NCBI GenBank assembly: GCA_040285855.1
Contig: JAUFOQ010000001.1
Coordinates: 3,720,001 to 3,784,000, forward strand
Direction of reading: 5' to 3'
DNA: 64,000 nucleotides
From: Eukaryota sp. GEM-RC1
Lineage: Eukaryota
Part shown: positions 38,782-51,160 of the stretch, piece by piece
Layout of the letters: every line of letters starts with the position of its first letter
Position numbering within the stretch: position 1 is the stretch's first letter
Notes under the pieces: model-generated
What the model was told of the DNA's origin: nothing
Database searches by the model: none
The model's input: the letters and a program-made list of their open reading frames with translations, nothing else
Translations under genes and position numbers: made by a program

Positions 38782-40942
38782 AATTGTTTGGAAAAAATTG
38801 GTTCAGAACTCAACACAATTTAATTTCTTCATATGATAGTGAAAAACTCATCAAGTTTTGTATTTTAAAAATTTGCTACTCCGGAAAAATCACACATCTT
38901 TTGAGATCTACTGCTCCTTCAATCGCTCTGAACTTTTGTAGATCTTTTAACGAGTTGAGGATTAATTTTTTGCTATATTGTTAGTAGTTGATTCAACGTT
39001 ACTTAAAAGTAATTTGTTTACTTCTGCTCATTTTGGTGGTATTGGTTTTACCAAATCATCAATTCTTTGCAAATCTGCTTTTTTAGGCGGTGTAAAGAAT
39101 TATATCTTTGAATTTGTTAATCGATGTCCTAATGATATTTCACTTATTAACCCCAAATCATGTAAATATGTATTTGACTTAAACGAAGCGTTAATTAAAT
39201 TACCTTTTGACGGTTGGTCTCAGTGTTTCCCAGAATCTGTGTCTGAAATACCTGAAAGATGTTTGACTAATCTTCAGTTCTGTCTGAAAAAATTACAACA
39301 GAAACTCACAAATATTTTTGAAAGCTTGGATTATAATTTTCGACTTGGCATGATCAAGGAAAAAATCCCGCTTTTGCAAATTTCTTAACGGATGTTTCTA
39401 ATAGCTCTGCTTCATGTCTGATTACTCAAATCCCTCAAATTTACGGTCGTCTTCTTGATGATAACTGTTGGTCATTAAACATGCGTTTACGGTCATATAT
39501 TTGGCCTGATAACCAGGGGTGTTCAAAAATATATTGCAATATATTGCAACTAAGAATTAATTCACAATACACTATTGCAATACACAACGACTCTGCAATA
39601 CAATATTGCAATACACATTGTTTCTACAATACATTATTCCAATACTGAAAATTAAACAATTGACAGTTGTGGAGGTAGAAAAATACGTCTAGCGCCAATT
39701 TTCTTACCCCTAACACTGTTCTACTCTTTCTCTGGGCACTTTTGTGCTCAGCAGTTACCATGTGTCCCCTTTTACTTCTGAACAAAAGGCAAAGTCGTGT
39801 TAGAATAGCAAAAGAATTATCACGAATGGTTTGAGGCTCCGCTATTCTTGTCAATCAATCGAAGTTATTGGAATATGAACACTGTGAAAGTGATGGTGAC
39901 TGCACAAAAGATTAGGCATGTTGACGGTTCAAGTTAGCATAAGACTGTCTTCTATTGATTTTTCTTAACAATTTGTCATTTTGTTCTGTTAATAAAGGAA
40001 ATATGTGCATTTTAATGGAATTGATATGGTAGTTTATTTTCTCTAAGGTAGACAAAATTATGCAATAAATAATTGCAATACTCCATCATGTTGCAATACA
40101 TTATTGCTATAATCAACATACCTTGCAATACATTATTGCAATAATTACAGAACGCAATTATTTTTTGAACATCCCTGCTGATAACCTTCCACATAATTTG
40201 AAATGCCAATGTGAAACAATCTGTAACACCTACACATTTATTGAATTGTACCGCTATATTTCTTTTAGAAGTAAGGTTCATGATTCTGTAAGGGGTCAAT
40301 TATATTGTATGTGTTAATCTTATGGAATAATCATTTTTTTAGAAGTTTTTTTTAGTTCGGGCTGGTTTTTGTGACGATACAGATGTTGACAATTCGTTTG
40401 GAAGTAGCCGTGGTAATGTCATATTTCCTGGTCTCGATGGATCATTCATTATTGCTGGTGATTTGTCTATCGACGTTTGTAATGGTTCCAACAAGAAACT
40501 TGCTAAAACTAATGCTAAAAGCCCTCTGTTGATTGGTGAAAAACATAAAATAGAAAAATATTGTGCTAAATTGAAATTATTGAATTCAGTTTCACACTCG
40601 AATTACTTGTTGTACCCTTTTGTATTTTCACTGTACGGTTCTTTAGGTGAATCTGCAACATCATTACTTGAAATCTTTGTGAAAATTGTAAAAGAAAACA
40701 ATCTAGGACTTTTGATCTTAGATTTTGGAAAAATCGAATCGTGTTTGATATCTTTAAAGGTATGGTGACCACCGTATCTGGCGCTTTGTTATATCTTGGC
40801 AGATATTATGAGGATAAGGTTGGTGAGAATTTCCAGATAGGCAATTTGCCGACTTTGAGGATATTGATTATTAGATGTATGTACACTGTAGTGTTGATGT
40901 CAATAAACAAATCTAAGAGAAAAAACATTTTCAAAAAAAAAC
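38782..40942 (+). mobile_element. Longer family B CRE-like copy (end of RT/thumb through endonuclease), with A-rich tail and 11-bp TSD
   Basis: Reads KITHLLRSTAP..FTSAHFGGIGF..NMRLRSYIWP through the endonuclease. The TSD is TTGAAACTCCT (38771-38781) / TTGAAACTGCT (40943-40953). Confidence 0.85.
39514..40177. mobile_element. 664-bp hAT-type MITE
   Basis: TIRs CAGGGGTGTTCAAAAA / CAGGGATGTTCAAAAA, a perfect 8-bp TSD CTGATAAC (39506-39513 and 40178-40185) and TATTGCAATA subterminal repeats. Removing it restores WPDNLPHNLKCQC. Confidence 0.93.
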
Positions 40943-41439
40943 TTGAAACTGCTGAAAGGAAAAAATTAGATTGATATGGTGTATTAATTACCAATATGAA
41001 GTCTCGCCAACAAAATCCGTTTGTTCTCCATCCTATTGCAATCATTCTTTACGGAACATTTGGCTTTATTGGACAACAATTTCTCACATCGTTTGACGAA
41101 CTGTGTAAGCAGTATCGAAAGAATATTAATGAAAGTTGTTGGAGATGAATGTTGTCTTTTTCCCTTTCAAAGCTTTGTTTAGGTATTTGGATTGTATTTT
41201 ATATAACTGGTTTGTATTGAATGTGAGATGATGTACAATGTAAAGGTTTTAGTATATCATTTGTTAATATTATTAATATTCTTTATTTGTAATTGTTAAT
41301 AAAAGGCGTTTGTATTCGGCAAATGTTCTGATATGCTATTCCGAACTTTCTTAATCAAGTAAAATCGAATCATATCGTGTGTGTGGAAGACGGAGATTTC
41401 TTCTACTTGATTGGGTTTCTTATTTTTGTTAAATATAAG

Positions 41440-41620
41440 TCTTGTGGAAATTGAACACAACGAATATTTCTCATTCTTTTAAATATATATTTTGGTGTGG
41501 GGTTTTCTAGAGCTAAGTATTTGCGTCAAAGAGCTATTATTAAAATATTTTGGTGGATTGAACAACTTTCTTTTCGAAATTTGTTTCAGATTCAGTGATG
41601 TGTTTTCCCAAGTAATCTGT
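41440..41620 (+). pseudogene. Degenerate CRE-like retroelement thumb fragment
   Basis: FG.GFSRAKYLRQRA..GGLNNFLFE resembles family A FGGIGFTKAKYMREGAFLGSLKNFLFE. Confidence 0.5.
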
Positions 41621-41969
41621 GAGATTAACACTTCTGAATTCTATCATTCAAGAAGAGATAATATTATCATTTCAGTTGAAATTGGAAAAATTATATAAAA
41701 TTAGTATGTGTTGCTGTGATCAAAGACCTTTCTTCAAACACATGATATTAAAAAATTAAAAAAATTAGGAAAATTAGGAAAAAGTGAAAATCTCTCAATT
41801 AGATTTTGAATGATTTAATACTCTTCAAAATTATTAGAAATAGATCATGTTCACAGTATTTATAAAAATAGAAATAGAATTAAAACTGAAAAAGGATGTA
41901 ACGATAAACACCTAAATTCAGCAACTAATGTAGAACTAATTTTGAAAACAGAATATGAAATTAATTAAA

Positions 41970-44900
41970 TTAATTAAATAGTTTTACAAGAACAGTAGAA
42001 ATGCCAAGCTGTTCAACAAGTTGTGTGAAACCATTCGGGTTTGACAATTTTAATTTTTCAAAAATTTCTTTGACAAATATTGTAGCATTAAAGTCATCAA
42101 GGACAGTTAAATCATCTTCATCACAGTCTTGGTAATATTCCAATTCTTCCAAAAAGTGATTCACTCGGGGCATAGTATCTGAATCAAGGGCAATCAAGTT
42201 ATCGTCATCACGATCATCAAAATCTTCAACATCAACATCATCATCAACAAATTCAGAGAAATTATCGAAATTTTCATGTTTCCCAAGGTTAGACTCAACA
42301 TTTGAAGATGATTCATGAATTTTTGAAGCAGTTTGGTCATTGCAAGAACAGATTTTGAAAAATAATCAGAACTTTGGAAAAAGGAATTATCAACGAAAAC
42401 TAACTTGCCCAAAGCTAAAACTGCTATTTTTCTTGAAAAATCCGAATAAAAAGCATCCACCGACAGCCACATTGAATCCAGAACGTATAACAAAACAGAA
42501 GAATATGTCCTCAATTCTTCAGTTACAATTGCATCTAATAATTGAGTTTCTGTGGGAGAAAAAGGAGCAATACTTTGGAGGGACTCTTGTATGATTGAAA
42601 AAGTAGTCCCATTAAAAGAAGATAGGAACTGGACAGTCGTGGATGAGTTCCAGTTGAAAAAACAGCAAAACGTAACAATGATGCTCAGTTCAAGTTCAGG
42701 AGAGTCTAATTCTGCAGCACTGCAGGTTAAATTTGGATTTTTGCGATAGTTTAAAATTTGTTTCCGAAGCGGAGACGTTTTAAGTAGTTCGTGAACACAA
42801 ATATTTGCTACTTCAGGGAAAATAGTTGACAAGAGAGATGAATTTAAAGAACTTAAATTAACAAAGCAGCTCTGAAGTAATTTGAGAGCAGCTGATTTCT
42901 CCTCTGGACCGCTCAAAATATCTTCATTATTAAATATTCTGGAAATAATTACGTTGATCGCATCAATTGATTGAGGTCTACAGGCAAATCCTTCAGGATC
43001 TCGCGTGATGAAATTGTCAAGAGGTATTACCATGTATGGTAAATAGTCCAAAGCGAAATTTTTAAATGCATCAACTGTTTTGTCAAATAATTTCCACATA
43101 TTTGGGGAAAAAGGAACATCAACTGTTGCAGACAGATGAGATAACAGAGATAATGAAGGTTCAAAGAGTTCAAACAAATGGCCATTTAGCAGAGGTAACA
43201 AAAACTCAGAAAAAGGATGTGCAATCTTAGAGAAAAGTTGGGTGTTGTCGGTATTGCAATCAAATACAGTAATAATAGTTCTGAGAACACCTAGAAGAGC
43301 GCTTTCGGCATCATCAGACACTTCAATGGTGACGTGATCATTCATGTTGATGTGACAAAGACTCTGAAGGGAGCATCCACTATTACTTAAAATATTTTCA
43401 AAAGAGGTTATCAACCTCAGTACAATTGCCTCCATCAATGAGCTGCAATCAGCTGTAAACTTAGTAACAATCAAATTGATTGTTTCGGTGACGTCAACAG
43501 CTCCGATATCATCAAGAACTACGAAAAGTGAGTTCAGAAATTGTTCAAGGAATCTTTTAAGACAATTCATAATAGTTGCCTCGCATTGCTCGTCATGATT
43601 GGACAGGAAATTTCTTAAAACAAGGGCTGATTCCAACTGAATTGGAGCAGAAGTGTGGGAAAGGAACTCGCCTAATTTAAGAATTAATTTTTCAATATTT
43701 TCTAAAGATCCTAGATTTTGAATTGTAGCAGAGAATGACTTTAACACACCAAGTGCTCGAAAAATTAAAAAATTTGGTAAATTTTCACCGACAATAATCG
43801 GCAAAACCTTTTGTGATAAATAGGCATAGACTGAAACTCCATTAGGGAGGGTAATCTTTCCGGATTGAATTCTGCGTGCCAAAAGAGAAACAATATGTAG
43901 CGAGCCATCAAGAACGTGTAAATCAGAGCTACTTCCAAATACAATAGAACCAACTACTGGTAATACAGTTTTTGCTCTCTTCTTAATACCAGTAATTAAA
44001 ATATTTCCAGCCAAAGCAGAAGGTGATGACGTCAGATCCCATTGATTGGTAGTAATTTTAATAAACTCTAGTGGATCGTCGTTAAAGAGCTCAATATCTG
44101 ACTCTCTGAACTTCAAAAGAGGAAAGAGTACTGTGGTAAAAAGAGAACTAAACGATGGTTTGATACGTTCCCAGCAATTTTTAAATAATAGAAGACGATC
44201 TAATATTTCAAGTAAATTACACAGTGCTTCATCGTTGACCTTTTGATTAAAGAGACAATATAAAACCGCTTCGGTTAATGAACTTCCGAGTAAAAATTTT
44301 AAATTTTCAAACTTGAGATGTTCAGGTGGTATAGCCCCAGAAAAAAGTCCTAATACATAAACAGAAATGCTCTTAAATTCGTCAGACGAAGGGGCTGCAT
44401 ATCGTTGTAAATTGATGGAAATAAAATGGGTAATAGAAACTTGAATTTTTGAAACTATTTTGGAATCAACTGAAGTAAATTGACTTCTAAGGAAAAAAGC
44501 ACACGCAGAATACCATTGAAATAAGACTAAGTGATCTTTGAAAAATTGACAAAGTCCAACCCTATTAATGGAAAAAATAATTTCAAAAATGACCGAAATA
44601 ATCTCACCACGCAAATCATCCTTAATCCCTTCAATCAAAATTGATTGTGTAAGGTCAAAAATACCAGGTAGGACGTGGGCAATCAAATCTGATATTCTTT
44701 CCCTTTTGCTGACCCTAGTATTTCAAATCCTTTCACCAGCTTTAACAAGACAGTGAGAGTAGACAAGAGGTAAGGGGAAATAGAAGAAGCAAAAGTCTGG
44801 AGATTAGAGAGGATTTGTTGATGAGCTTCAGGCCAGTTCTGAGGGAATTCAGCAGCAGCCATGTGAGTAACGCAGAGGCCAACAATATCCCGTAGTTGGT

Positions 44901-45186
44901 GGTCTTGAAGTGAGATGATATAAGGAATTATGTTGGCTTTAAGAGAAGACTTTGCGGTGGTAGGAATAGAGTCAGTTGTCCAATGGCGATGAACAAGATT
45001 CTTAACGTATAAGGAGGCTGCCAAACGGATTGGATGTGGAATTTGAGAATTAGCTACAAGTTCAAGAGAAGAGGGAATAAAGCCATCATTAAAGCAAGTT
45101 TTATTGAGGAACTCTTCGGCCTGTGACCTAACAGAAGCATCAGAAGACGAAGAGATGCTATCTTCAAAAGCTTTGAAGATACTCAT
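41970..45186 (-). CDS. Importin-7/8 family karyopherin (Nmd5/Sxm1/SAD2-like)
   Basis: IBN_N motif (RSQAEEFL..IRLAASLYVKNLVHRHW), EFPQNWPE, DIELFNDDPLEFI, LDNFIT and an acidic C-terminus. Two 1-nt homopolymer frameshifts at ~44722 and ~42322. Confidence 0.9.
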
Positions 45187-45213
45187 GTGAAAGAGTTGGA
45201 TTTAGTTTTCTGA

Positions 45214-45882
45214 ATGTCCTCCTCTGGAATCTCTTTATGCTTTGTGGTGGACTGTACCTATTCACAAGGCCGTACACTAGGTTCTCTTGCTAAAATCCTT
45301 CCATCTCTAGTTGCTGAAACCCAAGCTCTTCTCAGATCTCATCATGGAACCTTACTCCCTGTTAATGTCTCCTTTGTTGGATACTCTGACATTGAATGTG
45401 AAGTTCCTGTAGTTGTTCAGGATTGGACTGATCTTCAGTCACTGATACGCTCTATTATTGCTCGTGAAACTCAATTAGGAAAAGACTTTGCTGAAGATCT
45501 TGCGAGTGGGCTTGATGCTGCTCTTAATTTGAATTGGCCAGAAGGCAAACGAATTGTTCTTTTGATAGCTGATGCTCCAGGACATGGATTACTGCCACGA
45601 GGATCGAAAGGTTCTGACCATTTTCCAATCTTTGATCAGAACAAAGTTCCGTGGGAAGAACGGTATAATTCAATTTTTGAAAAATCCTTAGATTTAAACA
45701 TCAATTATGTAATTGTCCCCATAGATCACGTTCCAGAAAAACCAGTAAGCTTACGGGTGTTGAAAAGGTTAATCAAAGAGTTCAAGAAACACTTGGGCAA
45801 GGAATCTATCATAGTAACTGAACCTCACGTAGAAGTGGAGCTCACTCGATTACTTGATTCGGTTTCGAGATTTTTGAGTTAA
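45214..45882 (+). CDS. von Willebrand factor A domain protein (vwkA-type vWA)
   Basis: Motifs LCFVVDCTYS, FVGYSD, DFAEDLASGLDAALNLNW and LIADAPGHG. Confidence 0.8.
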   Translation: MSSSGISLCFVVDCTYSQGRTLGSLAKILPSLVAETQALLRSHHGTLLPVNVSFVGYSDIECEVPVVVQDWTDLQSLIRSIIARETQLGKDFAEDLASGLDAALNLNWPEGKRIVLLIADAPGHGLLPRGSKGSDHFPIFDQNKVPWEERYNSIFEKSLDLNINYVIVPIDHVPEKPVSLRVLKRLIKEFKKHLGKESIIVTEPHVEVELTRLLDSVSRFLS

Positions 45883-46039
45883 GAATTTTGAAAAATGAAT
45901 CCGACAAAGGTGACAAGGAGATTTTTGATGTATTGTTTTAATTTTATTTAATATTTTTACTTTTCAGTGAAACAAAGTTCACAATGATTTAATATTACAA
46001 AACTGTCAAATTTAAAATTTCCTGGAATAAAATATTGAC

Positions 46040-46666
46040 TTACTCTTCCACTGTTGGAGCAATTGAGTTACTATTGATAAGATAAGTACCTAACCAATGT
46101 ATTGGTTCAGTTATTTCAGACTCAGACTTGAGCATTTCAGTCAGAGCTTTTCGTAACACTGGGCTTAACTGATCTCTGATCATTTGCTGAGAAGAGTTTT
46201 TGTTGGGGATGAAGACGGGTGCTTTGGTTAGTTGAAACAAAGAAAACAAACAATCAGGGAAGAAGAATTTGATCTCCCGTTCAGCAGCAGCTGGACTATC
46301 ACTTCCATGTACAGCATTTGATGTGGTTGATTGAGCAAAAAGAGCTCTAACTGAGTGCGGTGATTCTGATTTAGCTGTGTCAATGTTAGTGTGTCCCATT
46401 AGCTGTCTCCAGTTGGATATAGCATTTTCACCAGCAAGAACAAGAGATATTATAGGTCCTGAGGTCATAAAGTTGACTAGATTCTTAAAGAATGGTTTCC
46501 CTTGATGTTCTGCATAGAAAGACGAGGCTCTTTCTTCGTCAAGAAGTAGAGTTTGTTGACAAATAACATGGAGTCCATTGTTGACAATAATGGAAAGAAC
46601 TTCATGGGAATGACCAGAAGAAACCAGATCTGGTTTAAATAGAGCGAGAGTCTGTTGAAAAGGCAT
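46040..46666 (-). CDS. NME5: Nucleoside diphosphate kinase with C-terminal Dpy-30-like motif (NME5/RSP23-like)
   Basis: QTLALFKPD, FYAEHQGKPFF, FMTSGP and NAVHGSDS, followed by LSPVLRKALTEM..EPIHWLGTYL. Confidence 0.85.
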   Translation of the reverse strand: MPFQQTLALFKPDLVSSGHSHEVLSIIVNNGLHVICQQTLLLDEERASSFYAEHQGKPFFKNLVNFMTSGPIISLVLAGENAISNWRQLMGHTNIDTAKSESPHSVRALFAQSTTSNAVHGSDSPAAAEREIKFFFPDCLFSLFQLTKAPVFIPNKNSSQQMIRDQLSPVLRKALTEMLKSESEITEPIHWLGTYLINSNSIAPTVEE

Positions 46667-46717
46667 TGACTTGAGATTCTTCAGTTGGGGTTGCTAATTT
46701 GCTCCTCACCAACAAAA

Positions 46718-47460
46718 ATGGATTCCCCCTCTATTAACGCTTCTCCAAATTTGGACACTACGGCAGGACTTACTTTTGGTCTTGACATTAATCCTCTAGA
46801 GGAACTGGACCCTTCGCTCACTGGGGGTTTCCACACAATCTTTGACCGTGAAATTCCAATTGAACTCCGCTCCCAGGCAGCTCCTTCACAAGCCGGATCT
46901 CAGGAAGCTATCAAAGTCAAAGTACTTCTCGCTCCAGAAGGCCAACAAGGACTTCGCATTGAACTTACTTCTGAAAGTGATTTGTTCTTCCTTTTCATCA
47001 CACCTTAGATGAGGTAAGCTTCCGCGCTCTGCAAGACCAGCAACGCCTCATGATAGACATTGAAGGTACGTAATCTCGCTAACTCTTATCTTTAGAATTC
47101 CCTCAAGTTCTCATTCGTATGATTAACCAAGTGCTCAAGGAACCCCACTCGTATGTAGCCTCCTCATCTTATTTTAGACATCTCGCAGTAATGTTCCTTG
47201 CTAGTGACGGCTCGGCTCGTCTTGATTTTATCCAAAGTATGGGTTACAAGTATGTGGAGCTCCTGTCTTTAACCTTCCACGCTGCTTCTGAATCTGTCGT
47301 TCGCCAATCCATTTCATTCCGCTACAACTCTTTGAAGTCCAGATTAGCATTGACTAACAATAGACTTGCAGAGATCAATTCTATTATTAAGGTCAAAAAT
47401 CCCTCGTTATTATTGCAGTTACAACGTAATGCCGCCAACAATCTAAAAACTAAGAAGTAA
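46718..47460 (+). CDS. SAS6L: SAS-6-like protein (SAS-6 head domain, short coiled coil); introns 47066-47095 and 47151-47177
   Basis: DREIPIELR, RIELTSESDLFF, QRLMIDIEEFPQVLIRMIN..KEPHSHLAV, ARLDFIQ..YKYVELLSL and KNPSLLLQLQ. Needs one T added at ~46994. Confidence 0.85.
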
Positions 47461-47531
47461 ACGTATTTGTTATATTTTGTAGAAATAAACACTGTATTTT
47501 TCTTTGTGAAATACTTCCCACAAGACAATCC

Positions 47532-47987
47532 TTATTGGAAAAAATAGTTAGGTTTCCTTATGTTAATTCCTTGTTCTCTCAAGGCCATTGTCAGATCATC
47601 AAGTTTAAACGTCCTCGATCTAGGGTCTGTTTTAGCTATTGTGGCATAAGAACTTCGGACACTTTCCTCTAACAAATCCGTGATGAATTTCTGAGCCGCT
47701 AATGATATTATTTTGACACCTTCATCACTGACAATGGCACCAGACTTAGATAGAAGATACTTACATAAATCGGAAGGTATGGTAGGTGTATACTGTTCAA
47801 TTTGAGATAGAAGTTCCGTTATATCATCTAACGAAGATTTTTGACTGTCATCCATATCTGAATCAGATAGTTGCGAGGGATTGAGTGAACTGTATTGGGG
47901 AGGAGAAGGGGCTACACTATGACTTGGATGTGAAAGTGAAGGAGATGGTTGTCCAGAAAGTGGTAAGTGTACTGTATGTGGGTTCAT
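47532..47987 (-). CDS. TAF10: TFIID subunit 10
   Basis: YTPTIP..YLLSKSG..KIISLAAQKFITD..DDLTMALREQGINIRKPNYF. Confidence 0.93.
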   Translation of the reverse strand: MNPHTVHLPLSGQPSPSLSHPSHSVAPSPPQYSSLNPSQLSDSDMDDSQKSSLDDITELLSQIEQYTPTIPSDLCKYLLSKSGAIVSDEGVKIISLAAQKFITDLLEESVRSSYATIAKTDPRSRTFKLDDLTMALREQGINIRKPNYFFQ

Positions 47988-48490
47988 TGTTGGAGTTAAA
48001 GTCTCGAATCTGAAATAAAGTCTGGTAAATACAAATACAGAATTCCATCAAGATCACCAATTGAGAGATAATGCCAAATTGATAAGTTAAATCTCTTATT
48101 CTGAGACTTACACATAGATCAAAAATCAGTTAAAAACTGAGGAGCCAGTTCATCAATATTACCAAAAATAGAAACAGCAAATATTTCCAAGAGATGTCAA
48201 TCATTTCGTAAGGTGATAAACCATTATAAGAAGAATATTGGAGGAAGATGAGAATTGATCTTAGTGATTAGTTCTTGTTCATGTGTTAGAGTTGCTGTTA
48301 ATTAGATATTTATTTTTACCCTTTACCAAAGGAAGAAAACAAAAGTGCACTAGAATCTGTAGCTAGAAATAGTTTGACTCAAGAAATGATAGCAGCAGTA
48401 GAACTACTATGCTGATAGGTAGTAGTGCTGGTAGTAATCCAGTCTCATTCGATTGAGTATTTATCAGAAAAATATTGTTCATCATTGACC

Positions 48491-51064
48491 ATGTCTAAAC
48501 GACTTCTTCTAGCAGAGTACTATGGTGTTCAAACTGATGTTTCTTCTACACCTTCAAGGCCCCTTGACTTAGACTCCAGTTCCTTCGATAAGTCTTCTTA
48601 CCTCCAATCAATTACCACTTCCCTAACACATAAAGATCTATGCAGTCTTCATAGCTCCGTTGAACAACAAGTAACTGAGTATCAGAACAAACTTCATGGT
48701 GTGGTTTATGAAAACTATGCAAAGTTCTTGGCAGCCACAGATGTTGTCAGTAGCGTATGTCACCATCTTTTCTTGAATTAACTCTAGATGTCCTCATCAT
48801 CTACTTCTCTCTCTACATGTGCTTCTGATACAGAATCTCTCCTTGAGTCGGTCTCTTCTTCAATGTCCTCACTTCTTTCTACCTCCAGAAGTCAAGAGAA
48901 GTCTCTTACTGCTGACGTTGCTTCCATGAAATCTATGCTATCGACAATTGGAGCAGTTAAACAACTAAACGTGCTGGTCGATATTCCCTTGAAAATTGAA
49001 GAGTTTTTAAGGTGTGAGTTCTACGGTAAGTGTATTTCTCTTTTTTCTGCTGCTTCAGCTGCTTTAACTCCCTTTAAAACTTCAGGTGTCCCTTTGCAGC
49101 TAACATTTTGACTGAAGTTGAAGGAACAATTAGTAATTTGAAGGGCTTTATTGATTTAGAATCGTTTAATTCCAAAATTCAAAAAGTTAAGGAGTCTGAT
49201 TTTGATTTGTTTCTCCAGTACTTCTTTTTAAATATTGCTTTAATTAGAATTGAAAATGAACCAATGGAGCTAATTATGAACAAAATTTTGAATTATTCCA
49301 AAATTTGGACTCAGTTGGTTGTCAAATCAATTAATTGGTTAATCGGTTCAAATTTTGAGTTAGCAACTCTTGTTGAACATTTAAATGGACTATGTTCAGA
49401 GTTTCTAATATTTTTAAATTTATTAAACTCTGTTTGTCTCTCAGATTCAACAAAAGGAAATGATTTACATGTATTTCTAAATGATTCCTTTTTAATATCT
49501 GAGTTCTCTAAAGAAAAATCTGCGTCAATAGGTGATTCATATGATTTCCCGGATCAATTCTGCAAATATTTTAAATTTTCTGATGTTATGGAAGAATTAC
49601 TGAATTTTTTCTTGGACATTGTAGCTGATTTTATTCGTGCAACAATGGACAAATCTGGTCTAAATTCTGCAGTCATTGAAATTTTAAATTTCCATAAGTG
49701 TTTCTTCAAATTTCCGCTTCTTTCGTCCCATTTTGACCTTACAGTTTTCAATCAAAAAGTAAGTCAGATTTCGAAATCTTTAATTACTTTTGGATTCTCA
49801 GAATTGTTACCTACATCTTTAAAAAATTCAGCTCTATTTGATGTTGAAACTCAATCTTTGAAAATGGAATTCAGTTCCGAATTTCAAAGATTGTTGAGAA
49901 AACAAATTTTGACGAAATTAAATCTATTGTGACACAATGTCATCCCCTTATGAAATTTCAAAATTTGGTTGATTTTTCAAGTTCTATATTTGATGGTTTT
50001 TCTGTCTTTTGTGATCACATTGTTAATCACTCTATTTCAATTATCTTGAACTTTTTGGAAAACGATTTTAAATTTAAAAAAAAGTAAAGAGGTCTGGTTT
50101 TATTTTACATTTTTGAAAATTTTTGTCGAAAATATCATTGATATGACTAGTGCTCTATTCAGTGAACTTTTGGGAATCAACTTTCAAAATTTTAAAATTT
50201 TAAAAACTTATTTGTTTGGGAGAGTTTCTTATTTGTTTACATTTCTATGTTACTTTTACATTGTAGATTCTTCTGTTTTTTCAAGGACAATTCAAATACT
50301 TTGAAGATGACAAAGCGAGTCTCATCTTTCAGACCTTCTTTTTCATTGGACTATTGTGCAAGAAAATTGAATTTTTAGTTGAAATTTTGGAACAATTTGA
50401 TGAATTTGATTGTAATGACAGCGCTGTTCCATTATTCGACAAGAATTATTTTGAATTTTTAAATTTAGGTGAAATTTCTATGCGATCATCTGAATTAGAT
50501 GTTGAGCAGCTTTTTGATAATTCAAATAAGTTGCCTCTTCTTGATCTCCAAATATTTACAAATTTGAATCAAGCTGATAACTTTGTTGACAATTTTCTAA
50601 CTTGTTCTTGCAGCAGATGCCGTGCTTTGGATTTATCATCCACTTTTTTCCACAGAAGTCAAGATTCATTGGAGAAGCTGAACTCTTGGTGTTCAGAATC
50701 TTCCTTATTTGATTCTAATGTGTTTACTAATTTTATTAATAATTCAAGATTTGATTTATCATCTTTTATTGGAATTTACTCTACATTTATATTTTTCAAT
50801 TTACAAGAGCTATTCAAAAATTTTCCTCTTGATGAACTTGAAAGTAATTACTGTCAACTACAACTTGACGTCTGTTACCTGCGAACCTTTCTCTCGAGGA
50901 TATCTCCTAACAAATTTAAAATATTCATTAATCGTGCAGCAGATATGGTGTTTGTCACGCTCTCTAAAATTTTAAAAAACTCGGAAAATTCTGTGCATTA
51001 TGCAACATACGAAGAAATTGTCGAAGCATGTGAGACTTTTCAAAAGAATTTGAAACAAATTTAA
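48491..51064 (+). CDS. VPS51: Vps51/Ang2 (GARP complex subunit); intron 48755-48787; several homopolymer frameshifts
   Basis: LAEYYG, DLDSSSFD, VYENYAKFLAATD and a C-terminal QLQLDVCYLR. The internal structure is uncertain. Confidence 0.75.
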
Positions 51065-51160
51065 AATCTTAAAATCAATTTCAAGGATTTCTTGAAAAAG
51101 AAACCTACTAAATCTACCTTCAGTAGTTCTTTGTTACTACCTCTCATTTATTATCTTTTC

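Larger units (their letters stand above)
37385..41305 (+). mobile_element. Diverged family-A-related retroelement (A2) hosting three nested insertions, one of which hosts a fourth
   Basis: The pieces PLCVPKLQK..FNLKDLEW | LINI..LGLW | P..FHHVVNCHKF..GKIEP..QEIIMDFTT..AFET | AERKK..HPIAIILYG..FLTSF are collinear once the inserts are removed. Confidence 0.8.
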
